Part shown: positions 1 through 9,767 of the stretch, piece after piece
Layout of the letters: each line of letters opens with the position of its first letter
How positions within the stretch are numbered: the first letter of the stretch is position 1
Assembly (NCBI RefSeq): GCF_009914755.1
Contig: NC_060927.1
Source of the DNA: the human T2T-CHM13v2.0 reference genome, Homo sapiens
DNA length: 64,000 nucleotides
Direction: 5' to 3' (one strand)
Program-made: the position numbers and the translations under genes
Notes under the pieces: model-generated
The model's database searches: none
Told to the model about the DNA's origin: nothing
Seen by the model: the letters and a program-made list of their open reading frames with translations, nothing else

Positions 1-669
1 CATGAATCTTGAGGAGTCAGGGCTGGGGGACCGCTCATATTCTCCCGAGACCTGTGAGTCTCTGGGGGACTCCTGGGTGCATGGGGCTGGCTCCCGCAGG
101 AACCTGGGGATGGCTGGAGAGTAACTGGGAGCCACAGGAGGGTCCCTGAGGCCTGGGGGTGAAGAGATGCAAGACACAGGGGTGGAGCAGCGTGAGGCTC
201 GTGAGTTTGTAGGTGATTCCTGGGTGTGGGGGGCTGACTCCAGCTGAAATCTGGGGTTGTTTGGAGAGTAGCTGGGAGACACAGGAGACCCCCCGAGAGC
301 TGGGGGTGAGCTGCTGGGTGATGGCAGTAAGAACATGTGGTATATTATTGATGAACGTGGGGACTCTGAGGAGTCCTCAGAGGAGGACACGGCAGAGCCC
401 AATGGCTTCATTGATTGCCCATCACGGTGAGGACAGGGAAATGGGAGCTTGTGGGATTCTGGTGATGACAGAGGTGAGTGTGGTGAAGCCCTAGGGGATG
501 GTGAATGGTAGTTCCGGATCCCTGGTGAGGAGCTTCCCCTTAAGCCTGAGTTTCTGAGAGGGGAGAGGGAGAAGCTGGGTGAGGCTCGCATGGACCTTGG
601 GGTGTCCGTGCTGGGGGACCGTTCATAAGAAGAGCCAGACAAGACCCTACTGTTCTTAGGTGCAGACAT
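1..669 (-). CDS. 5' part of Ser/Pro-rich CTD-like heptad-repeat ORF (copy 1; runs off the window start)
   Basis: ATG at 669 (MSAPKNSRVL...). Colinear without indels with 6304-6972, and the substitutions I compared create no stop. Translation is unproven. Confidence 0.45.
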   Translation of the reverse strand, partial: MSAPKNSRVLSGSSYERSPSTDTPRSMRASPSFSLSPLRNSGLRGSSSPGIRNYHSPSPRASPHSPLSSPESHKLPFPCPHRDGQSMKPLGSAVSSSEDSSESPRSSIIYHMFLLPSPSSSPPALGGSPVSPSYSPNNPRFQLESAPHTQESPTNSRASRCSTPVSCISSPPGLRDPPVAPSYSPAIPRFLREPAPCTQESPRDSQVSGEYERSPSPDSSRFM

Positions 670-731
670 GATTAGGAAACCTGCAGCTCCCAGGGGCCCC
701 CACTAATGTTCTAACTCGCAGAAGGAAGGAG

Positions 732-784
732 TGTGTGTGCGTGTGTGCGTGTGCGTGTGTGTGTGTGTGTGTGTTTGTGTGTGT
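732..784 (+). repeat. (TG)n/(TGCG) microsatellite
   Basis: Direct reading: gtgtgtgtgcgtgtgtgcgtgtgcgtgtgt... Confidence 0.95.
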
Positions 785-835
785 GCAGTGTGAGGTATGG
801 GCCCCTTAAGGAAATGGAAATCAACCAACCAATGG

Positions 836-860
836 GACAGACAGACAGACAGACAGACAG
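836..860 (+). repeat. (GACA)n microsatellite
   Basis: Direct reading; one unit longer in the copy at 7141-7170. Confidence 0.95.
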
Positions 861-982
861 AGATTCACTTGCCCAAGTGTTCTGTCCTGTCCTCTGAATC
901 CGCTTTCAAGTCGCAAGACGCTGTGAGCTCCAAGTCCACGCAGAGTCCGCCAAACGCTCCGGCCGCTGATCGGCTCCGCGAA

Positions 983-1051
983 GATCTGAGTACAGGCCAG
1001 CCAGGGTGGGTTTAAATAGCCTCGGGCGCAGCCTAGCAGCGGAAAGGGCGG
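983..1051 (-). promoter_or_regulatory. Putative Pol II core promoter, copy 1 (GC box, TATA, Inr)
   Basis: Minus-strand TATTTAAA at 1018-1011, Inr-consensus TCAGATC with +1 A at 987 (TATA begins at -31), GGGCGG at 1046-1051, locally CpG-rich. Confidence 0.6.
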
Positions 1052-1584
1052 AGCTTCACTCCTCCTTTCCATCAGTCACCCCCAACTTTCCCAGGCTACA
1101 CCTCGTAGGAAACTGTTCTCCTGCTTTGATTTCATGCGCCACCTTTGGGACAATCTAAGAACTTACAGGTTTTCTTGGCCAGATTTATTAGGAATTGTAT
1201 GCACTGAAACACTGAAAACCAACTAGTGGTTCTGTGCTTCCCACGTTGTGGTTTTGACACCAGCAGCATCCTTGCCACAATCAAACCCCGGAGATCCGCA
1301 GATCTGTGTTGTAACAAGACCTCCCCCTGACCCTGAAGCATGGCAGTTGAAGAAGTCTTTCCGTGTAAGCGAAAAGACTTTGAAGAAAAGGTGGAGATAT
1401 GCGTTGTATAAACATTCTTTTGCTCTGGAACCACGTAGAGACTTGGGAGCCAGTTGGGTGGAGCATTCGTTGGATGAGGGTGCTCGGGTTAGGAATATCA
1501 AGGTGTTTCTCCAGATAATCCAATCATCTAATTAAGATTCCAGTTATGCTCATCTGTTTTAAAATTCCGTTTGGGTAAATTCTT

Positions 1585-2070
1585 TTAGTCAGACTGAGAA
1601 TGGCAAAGCCTCAACCCCAATTTCCAGGGAGGGTGGAGAGCCTCAGGTGGAGTTGATCACCAATAGCCTATGGTTTAACCCATCATGCCTATAGAATGTG
1701 GTCTCCATCAAAACCCAAAAGGACTGGGTTCAGAGAGCTTCTGGATAACACTTCCTGGAAGGTAGTGCGCCCCTCCCCGCATGGCGGGCCCCACATTTAT
1801 TTCTGAACTTTGTGCAATGTCCGCTAAAATACAACGGCAAATGTAAGTGATTCCCTGCGTGCTGTGAGCTCTTCCAGCAAATGAATGCAACTAAATCTGG
1901 GAGTGGTGGCAACCTGATTTATAGCCAGTTGCTGAGAAGCACAGGTAAAACAACGTAGGGCTTCCCATTGTTATTGGTGTGGGAGGCCTGTCTGGCGGGA
2001 CTCGGCCCTTTGGAATCTAATGCTATGTCCCGGTAGATAGCGTCACCATTGAATTAGAAGACACACATAT
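1585..2070 (+). mobile_element. MER21-family LTR fragment
   Basis: Resembles the MER21 consensus as recalled (gttgatcaccaat...catcatgcct...ctccatcaaaacccaaaaggactgggttcagagagcttctggat; ...ggtagatagcgtcaccattgaattagaagacac). Ends approximate. Confidence 0.75.
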
Positions 2071-2240
2071 GTGGAGAATAATCTTTCTGGTCATTTACTG
2101 CATGTCATATTTACAATATGTAATCAAATTCTTTATCCTGACCTTATGGCACCTGGGTTTAGGACCATGATTTGAACCAAACGTTGGTCTGTCACTTTCT
2201 GAGTTTGAAACTTTATTTTGCCTTTAGCGTTTTGCTATTG

Positions 2241-2539
2241 CTTTTTCGTTTTCTTTTGTTTCGTTTCGTTTCTAAGTTCTGGGGTATATGTGCAGGATGT
2301 GCAGATTTGTTACTAAGGTAAACGTGTGCCATGGTGGTTTGCTGCACCTGTCAACCCGTCACCTAGGTATTAAGCCCAGCATGCAGTAGCTGTTTTTCTT
2401 AACGCTCTGCCTCCCGAAAGGCCCCAGTGTGTGTTGTTCCCCTTCCTGTGTCCATGGGATCTCACTTTTCAGCTCCCATTATAAGTGAGAAGGTGGCGTT
2501 TGGTTTTCTTTCCCTGGATTAGTTTGCTGACGATAATGA
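2241..2539 (-). mobile_element. L1PA (older primate LINE-1) 3' end fragment with decayed poly(A)
   Basis: T-rich tail then taagttctggggtatatgtgcaggatgtgcag...gtgccatggtggtttgctgcacc...acctaggtattaagcccagcatgc, the antisense L1PA 3' UTR signature. Confidence 0.88.
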
Positions 2540-2929
2540 CCACACATCACCACTGTTTTTGTTTTTTAGTATAAAGAGTAGTATTTTATTGAATAAGATT
2601 TGCTCACAGAAAAATAAGTTTAAATCTACAACGAATGCCAGAGCCTACAGCAGAAAGCAATTTTCTCACTTTTCCACACACAATGGTTCCTACTAAGTGA
2701 AAAAAAAGCCATAAAATTTCATTCACAAATGTACTACTCTGTCTCAAAACATCTCACGTAATCATGCACTGTACTAAAGCCATCAGATCAGTTCTTCAGT
2801 CAGGTTAAAGAAGTATCCCTCTAATAACTGACTCTTATAATGCTATCAATATCCACTCCCAATCAGTCTGCCATTGTTAATGGTGTACAGCATTACTGAA
2901 TACAACGGAATTGATGACGCCCATATCCA

Positions 2930-3063
2930 CAGACAAACCGTGACTTATGATGGTTTGATTTATGATTTTTCAACGTTATGATGGGTTTATTGGAATATTA
3001 GATTCGTTTCTGAGTTACACTGGGTTTATGAGTATGCGACCCTACACTCCAGAAACAGCTGTA
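2930..3063. mobile_element. Short Tigger5/MER47-like DNA transposon remnant
   Basis: CAG...CTG ends followed by TA; gacttatgatggtttgatttatgatttttcaa and gggtttat motifs resemble the CpG-decayed MER47/Tigger5 termini as recalled. Confidence 0.55.
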
Positions 3064-3283
3064 TAAGGAAAAACAGGTGTACCTAATAAAAATATGCTTA
3101 GTGACTTGGGATAAACCAATAGATGTTCACAAGTGATGGAGAGCCGTGAAAGAGAGATAGCGGTAAATAGTTACAATAACACAATTTTCCTGCACCTGTC
3201 GAGGATTTCCCCCAAAAAACGCAGAATGTGGGATGCACCTAAGGCATATGAAAGAGAGAGGGCAGAAGGAGTAAGAGAGAAAT

Positions 3284-3392
3284 AGGAGGAAGGAAGGAAG
3301 GAAGCAAGGAAGAAAGGAAGGAAGGAAAGAAGGAAGGTAGGACGGAAGGAAGGAAGGAAGGAAGGAAGGAAGGAAAGAAGGATGAAAGGAAG
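3284..3392 (+). repeat. (GGAA)n microsatellite, interrupted
   Basis: Direct reading. Confidence 0.95.
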
Positions 3393-3447
3393 GAGAAAAC
3401 ACCGGTGTTACTAAAACCCCCCAAAAAATGGTTTTCCCCTGTGGGTA

Positions 3448-3785
3448 AGCCTACAATGTGGATGAATCTTGAAAATATTGTGCTACGTGTTATGTCAGTC
3501 ATAGCAGCTCACCTATTGTGCAATTCCGTTTATAGGAAATGTCCACAATATGGAAATCTATGCATATGGGATTGATCGCACTAGGTAGTTGCTACCGAGG
3601 GCTGAGGGTCAGGGAGAGGGTTTGAGACAGAAGGAGGAGTGACTAATGTCTACAGCGTTTTTCTCTGGTCGGGGGTGATATGACGTTTTACAATGGATTG
3701 CGAATTAAAATTGAATGTGCACAACCACAGGTATACTAAAAGCCACTCAATTCCTGACTTTTAATGGGGGAATCTTATGTGGCGC
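3448..3785 (+). mobile_element. Old L1M (L1MB-like) 3' UTR fragment
   Basis: ctacaatgtggatgaatcttgaaaatattgtgct...attccgtttataggaaatgtcca...tatactaaaagccactcaatt motifs typical of L1MB 3' ends. Confidence 0.75.
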
Positions 3786-3991
3786 AGTCTCATGGAGACC
3801 ACGGCAGACATAGTGAGAGAGAAAAAGGTGAGTAAATATCTGAAACAGAGGCAGAAACAGAGAGAATGAAATGCCCTGTGAATGGAAGGGAGAGTGAAAA
3901 GGGAAAATGGTCCTATTTACAAATGACAGATGTGAAACTGGGGTTCACATCAACAGTGTCACTGCCAGGAAGGAGGGTCATGCTAGCCATG

Positions 3992-6972
3992 TCACCGGTA
4001 GTGTGGCCCGCAGGGACGCCGACCTGCTGGAGCGTCGTGCCAGCATGGGCTGTGGCAACCACGTGGGCCAGCAGGAAGTTCCCGCTGCACAGCTGTGGGG
4101 TGTGGATAGACTGGGTGGTGATATCGGCCATTACAGGGGCCTCTTCTGCTGGCAAGAGTGTGACAGTAGCAAGTAGATGGACAGGCCTGCGTGTGAGGAC
4201 GGAATGCAGGAGGGGTTCTTGTGCGCCTGGGTGTGGGGCCCTCACGGGAACCGTGGAGAAATGGCCAGGTAACTGCGTCATGTGGGCTAGTAGATTGGCC
4301 AGGGCTTCGAACTGAAGGACGATAACGGGGAGTAGCTGTCAGGCCCTGGGAGTGCCTGAGTGTAAGTGGAGATGGGTTTGGGGTCACTGAGGGATGCGTG
4401 GGAGCCATCCCTGTATATGTACAGGTCATAGGGAGATAGTCTCGTGAGGCCTGTGAGTGTCTAGGGTTGTCCTGGGTGCCTGGGGCTGACTGTGACAGAA
4501 ATCTGGGGAAGGCTGGAGAGAAGCTGGGAGACCCAGGAGAGTCCCTGAAGGCAGGGGGTGAAGAGGTGAAAGAAATGGGGGAGGGTTGCAGTAAGGTCCG
4601 TGAGTTTGTAGGTGATTCCTGGGTGCGGGAAGCTGACTCCAGGTGAAATCTGGAGATGGTTGGAGAGTAGCTGAGAGAGACAGAAGAGTCCCTGAGGGCT
4701 GGGGGTGAGAACATGAGGGAGACGGGGGAGTAAGTCAGTGAAATTCGTGAGTTCGGTGGTGTATCGTGGGTGCCTGGAACTGACTCCAGCTGGAATCTAG
4801 AGAAGTTTTGAGAGTAGCTGAAGGAGACACAAGAGTCCCTGTGGGCTGAGGGCAAAGACCTGAGAGAGACCAGGGAGGACCTCAGTGAAGTCTGTGAGTC
4901 TGTAGGTGATTCCGGAGTGTGGGAGGCTGACTCCCGCTGAAATCTGGGCGTGGTGGGAGAGTAGCTGGGACAGACAGGAGAGTCCCAGGGGGCTGGGGGT
5001 GAAGACATGAGAGAGACTGGGGAGTAACTCAGTGAAATTGCTGAGTTGGTTGGTGATACCTGGGTGCCTGGAACTGACCCCGCTGAAATCTGGGCATGGT
5101 TGGAGAGTAGCTGGGACACACAGGAGAGTCCCTGAGGGCTGGGGGTGAAGACATGAGCGAGACCGGGGAGTAACTGAGTGAAACTGGTGAGTTTGGTGGT
5201 GACTCCGGGGTGCCTGGAACTGACTCCAGCTGAAATGTGGGCGTGGTTGGAGAGTAGCTGGGACAGACAGGAGAGTCCCTGAGGACTGGTGAAGACATGA
5301 GAGAGACTGGAGAGTAATTGAGTGAAATTGGTGAGTTTGGTGGTGATTCCTGGGTGCCTGGAACTGACTCCCGCTGAAGTGTGGGCGTGGTTGGAGAGTA
5401 GCTGGGACACACAGGAGAGTCCCTGAGGGTTGGAGATAAAGACGTGCTAGAGACTGAGGAGTAACTGAGTGAAATTGGTGAGTTTGGTGGTGATTCCGGG
5501 GTGCCTGGAACGGACTCCAGCTGAAATGTGGGCGTGGTTGGAGAGTATCTGGGACAGACGGGAGAGTCCCTGAGGGATGGTGAAGACATGAGAGAGACTG
5601 GGGAGTAACGCAGTGAAATTGGTGAGTTTGGTGGTGATTTCTGGGTGCCTGCAACGGACTCCCGCTGAAGTGTGGGCGTGCTTGGAGAGTAGCTGGGACA
5701 GACAGGCGAGTCCCTGAGAGTTGGAGATAAAGACGTGCTGGAGACTGGGGAGTAACTCAGTGAAAGTGGTGGGCTTGGTGGTGATCCCAGGGTTCCTGGA
5801 ACTGACCCGCGCTGAAATGTGGGCGTGGTTGGAGAGTAGCTGGGACAGACTGGAGGGTCCGTAAGGGCTGGGGGTGAAGACGTGAGAGAGACTGGCGAGG
5901 ATCTCACTGAGGTCTGTGAGTTTGTAGGTGTTTCTGGGGTGTGGGGTACAGACTCCCGCTGAAATCTGGGCATAGTTGGAGAGTAGCTGGGACAGACAGG
6001 AGAGTGATGGGTGGCTGGGGGTGAGCTGCTGGATGATGGCAGTAAGAACATATGGTACATTATTGATGAATGAGGTGACTGTGAAGAATCTCCAGAGGAG
6101 GACACGGGAGAACACAATGACATGAGTGACTGTCCTGCTTGGTTAGGAAAGGGAAACGTAAAGTTGTGGAATTCTGTTGATGATGGATGTGAGAGTGGTG
6201 AAGCCCTGCAGGATGATGTAGAGGACTTCCACATCCCTGGTGAGGAGCTGCCCCTTGGGTCTGAGTTTCTGGGAGGGGAGAGGGAGAACCTGGGTGAGGC
6301 AGGCATGAATCTTGAGGAGTCAGGGCTGGGGGACCGCTCATATTCTCCCGAGACCTGTGAGTCTCTGGGGGACTCCTGGGTGCATGGGGCTGGCTCCCGC
6401 AGGAACCTGGGGATGGCTGGAGAGTAACTGGGAGCCACAGGAGGGTCCCTGAGGCCTGGGGGTGAAGAGATGCAAGACACAGGGGTGGAGCAGCGTGAGG
6501 CTCGTGAGTTTGTAGGTGATTCCTGGGTGTGGGGTTCTGACTCCAGCTGAAATCTGGGGTTGTTTGGAGAGTAGCTGGGAGACACAGGAGACCCCCCGAG
6601 AGCTGGGGGTGAGCTGCTGGGTGATGGCAGTAAGAACATGTGGTATATTATTGATGAACGTGGGGACTCTGAGGAGTCCTCAGAGGAGGACACGGCAGAG
6701 CCCAATGGCTTCATTGATTGTCCATCACGGTGAGGACAGGGAAATGGGAGCTTGTGGGATTCTGGTGATGACAGAGGTGAGTGTGGTGAAGCCCTAGGGG
6801 AGGGTGAATGGTAGTTCCGGATCCCTGGTGAGGAGCTTCCCCTTAAGCCTGAGTTTCTGAGAGGGGAGAGGGAGAAGCTGGGTGAGGCTGGCATGGACCT
6901 TGGGGTGTCCGTGCTGGGGAACCGTTCATAAGAAGAGCCAGACAAGACCCTACTGTTCTTAGGTGCAGACAT
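3992..6972 (-). pseudogene. Ser/Pro-rich Pol II CTD-like heptad-repeat gene, full-length copy with a 1-bp frameshift near 5079 (993 aa if repaired)
   Basis: ORFs 5029..6972 and 3992..5410 carry the same 49-aa repeat and are joined by restoring one base. This copy has gaactgaccccgctgaa where the paralog at ~11391-11408 has gaactgacctccgctgaa and stays in frame. Confidence 0.6.
4370..6900. repeat. 147-bp ACRO1-type satellite block, ~17 units, most conserved in the centre
   Basis: Anchor tggagagtag (or close variant) at 4514, 4661, 4808, 4955, 5101, 5248, 5392, 5539, 5683, 5830, 5977, 6418, 6565; spacings 147, 146, 144 or 3x147. Confidence 0.9.
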
Positions 6973-7033
6973 GATTAGGAAACCTGCAGCTCCCAGGGGC
7001 CCCCACTAATGTTCTAACTTGCAGAAGGAAGGA

Positions 7034-7047
7034 GTGTGTGTGCGTGT

Positions 7048-7079
<32 letters not shown>

Positions 7080-7090
7080 TTGTGTGTGTG
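7034..7090 (+). repeat. (TG)n/(TGCG) microsatellite, copy 2
   Basis: Direct reading. Confidence 0.95.
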
Positions 7091-7140
7091 CGGTGTGAGG
7101 TATGGGCCCCTTAAGGAAATGGAAATCAAGCAACCAATGG

Positions 7141-7170
7141 GACAGACAGACAGACAGACAGACAGACAGA
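7141..7170 (+). repeat. (GACA)n microsatellite, copy 2
   Basis: Direct reading. Confidence 0.95.
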
Positions 7171-7291
7171 GATTCACTTGCCGAAGTGTTCTGTCCTGTC
7201 CTCTGAATCCGCTTTCAAGTCGCAAGACGCTGTGAGCTCCAAGTCCACGCAGAGTCCGCCAAACGCTCCGGCCGCTGATCCGCTCCGCGAA

Positions 7292-7360
7292 GATCTGAGT
7301 ACAGGCCAGCCAGGGTGGGTTTAAATAGCCTCGGGCGCAGCCTAGCAGCGGAAAGGGCGG
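7292..7360 (-). promoter_or_regulatory. Putative Pol II core promoter, copy 2 (GC box, TATA, Inr)
   Basis: Minus-strand TATTTAAA at 7327-7320, Inr TCAGATC with +1 A at 7296, GGGCGG at 7355-7360; points toward the ATG at 6972. Confidence 0.6.
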
Positions 7361-7893
7361 AGCTTCACTCCTCCTTTCCATCAGTCACCCCCAACTTTCC
7401 CAGGCTACACCTCGTAGGAAACTGTTCTCCTGCTTTGATTTCATGCGCCACCTTTGGGACAATCTAAGAACTTACAGGTTTTCTTGGCCAGATTTATTAG
7501 GAATTGTATGCACTGAAACACTGAAAACCAACTAGTGGTTCTGTGCTTCCCACGTTGTGGTTTTGACACCAGCAGCATCCTTGCCACAATCAAACCCCGG
7601 AGATCCGCAGATCTGTGTTGTAACAAGACCTCCCCCTGACCCTGATGCATGGCAGTTGAAGAAGTCTTTCCGTGTAAGCGAAAAGACTTAGAAGAAATGG
7701 TGGAGATATGCGTTGTATAAACATTCTTTTGCTCTGGAACCACGTAGACACTTGGGAGCCAGTTGGGTGGAGCATTGGTTGGATGAGGGTGCTCAGGTTA
7801 GGAATATCAAGGTGTGGCTCCAGATAATCCAATCATCTAATTAAAATTCCAGTTATGCTCATCTGTTTTAAAATTCCGTTTGGGTAAATTCTT

Positions 7894-8379
7894 TTAGTAA
7901 GACTGAGAATGGCAAAGCCTCAACCCCAATTTCCAGGGAGGGTGGAGAGCCTCAGGTGGAGTTGATCACCAATAGCCTATGGTTTAACCCATCATGCCTA
8001 TAGAATGAGGTCTCCATCAAAACCCAAAAGGACTGGGTTCAGAGAGCTTCTGGATAACTCTTCCTGGAAGGTAGTGCGCCCCTCCCCGCATGCCGGGCCC
8101 CACATTTGTTTCTGAACTTTGTGCAATGTCCGCTAAAATACAACGGCAAATGTAAGTGTTTCCCTGCGTGCTGTGAGCTCTTCCAGCAAATGAATGCAAC
8201 TAAATCTGTGAGTGGTGGCAACCTGATTTATAGCCAGTTGCTGAGAAGCACAGGTAAAACAACTTAGGGCTTCCCATTGTTATTGGTGTGGGAGGCCTGT
8301 CTGGCGGGACTTGGCCCTTTGGAATCTAATGCTATGTCCCGGTAGATAGCGTCACCATTGAATTAGAAGACACACATAT
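7894..8379 (+). mobile_element. MER21-family LTR fragment, copy 2
   Basis: Paralogous to 1585-2070 (offset 6309). Confidence 0.75.
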
Positions 8380-8536
8380 GTGGAGAATAAACTTTCTGGT
8401 CATTTGCTGCATGTCTTATTTACAATATGTAATCAAATTCTTTATCCTGACCTTATGGCACCTGGGTTTGAACCAAAAGTTGGTCTGTCACTTTCTGAGT
8501 TTGAAACTTTATTTTGCCTTTAGCGTTTTGCTATTG

Positions 8537-8835
8537 CTTTTTCGTTTTCTTTTGTTTCGTTTCGTTTCTAAGTTCTGGGGTATATGTGCAGGATGTGCAG
8601 ATTTGTTACTAAGGTAAACGTGTGCCCTGGTGGTTTGCTGCACCTGTCAACCCGTCACCTAGGTATTAAGCCCAGCATGCAGTAGCTGTTTTTCTTAACG
8701 CTCTGCCTCCCGAAAGGCCCCAGTGTGTGTTGTTCCCCTTCCTGTGTCCATGGGATCTCACTTTTCAGCTCCCATTATAAGTGAGAAGGTGGCGTTTGGT
8801 TTTCTTTCCCTGGATTAGTTTGCTGACGATAATGA
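8537..8835 (-). mobile_element. L1PA 3' end fragment, copy 2
   Basis: Paralogous to 2241-2539 (offset 6296). Confidence 0.88.
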
Positions 8836-9225
8836 CCACACATCACCACTGTTTTTGTTTTTTAGTATAAAGAGTAGTATTTTATTGAATAAGATTTGCT
8901 CACAGAAAAATAAGCTTAAATCTACAATGAATGCCAGACCCTACAGCAGAAAGCAATTTTCTCACTTTTCCACACACAATGGTTCCTACTAAGTGAAAAA
9001 AAAGCCATAAAATTTCATTCACAAATGTACTACTCTGTCTCAAAACATCTCACGTAATCATGCACTGTGCTAAAGCCATCAGATCAGTTCTTCAGTCAGG
9101 TTAAAGAAGTATCCCTCTAATAACTGACTTTTATAATGCTATCAATATCCACTCCCAATCAGTCTGCCATTGTTAATGGTGTACAGCATTACTGAATACA
9201 ACGGAATTGATGACGCCCATATCCA

Positions 9226-9359
9226 CAGACAAACCGTGACTTATGATGGTTTGATTTATGATTTTTCAAAGTTATGATGGGTTTATTGGAATATTAGATG
9301 CGTTTCTGAGTTACACTGGGTTTATGAGTATGCGACCCTATACTCCAGAAACAGCTGTA
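9226..9359. mobile_element. Tigger5/MER47-like remnant, copy 2
   Basis: Paralogous to 2930-3063. Confidence 0.55.
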
Positions 9360-9579
9360 TAAGGAAAAACAGGTGTACCTAATAAAAATATGCTTAGTGA
9401 CTTGGGATAAACCAATAGATGTTCACAAGTGATGGAGAGCCGTGAAAGAGAGATAGCGGAAAATAGTTACAATAACACAATTTTCCTGCACCTGTCGAGG
9501 ATTTCCCCCAAAAAACGCAGAATGTGGGATGCACCTAAGGCATATGAAAGAGAGAGGGCAGAAGGAGTAAGAGAGAAAC

Positions 9580-9712
9580 AGGAGGAAGGAAGGAAGGAAG
9601 GAAGGAAGGAAGGAAGGAAGGAAGGAAAGAAGGAAGGTAGGACGGAAGGAAGGAAGGAAGGAAGGAAGGAAGGAAGGAAGGAAGGAAGGAAGGATAGAAG
9701 GATGAAAGGAAG
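9580..9712 (+). repeat. (GGAA)n microsatellite, copy 2 (24 bp longer)
   Basis: Direct reading; paralog offset changes from 6296 to 6320 across it. Confidence 0.95.
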
Positions 9713-9767
9713 GAGCAAACACCGGTGTTACTAAAACCCCCCAAAAAATGGTTTCCCCCTGTGGGTA

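Noticed and set aside
797-1912. Short ORFs over the promoter, upstream region and MER21 (and paralogs 6959-8617)
   Set aside because: No recognisable domains, they overlap microsatellites or LTR sequence, and several are not preserved between the two copies.
2161-2173. 13-bp indel between units (aggaccatgattt absent in copy 2)
   Set aside because: Ordinary microhomology-flanked indel with no evident function.
3127-3502. LPSF/GRKE-repeat ORFs (also 9423-9822)
   Set aside because: Translations of the GGAA microsatellite.
4797-6427. Alternative-frame and antisense ORFs over the 147-bp repeat (285, 222, 93 and 101 aa)
   Set aside because: Shadow frames of a 3n-length, stop-poor repeat; shorter and not linked to the promoter-proximal ATG.
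3992-6972. Calling this POLR2A or a POLR2A processed pseudogene
   Set aside because: No RPB1 catalytic-domain sequence is visible and no perfect YSPTSPS occurs; common ancestry versus convergence cannot be decided without alignment.
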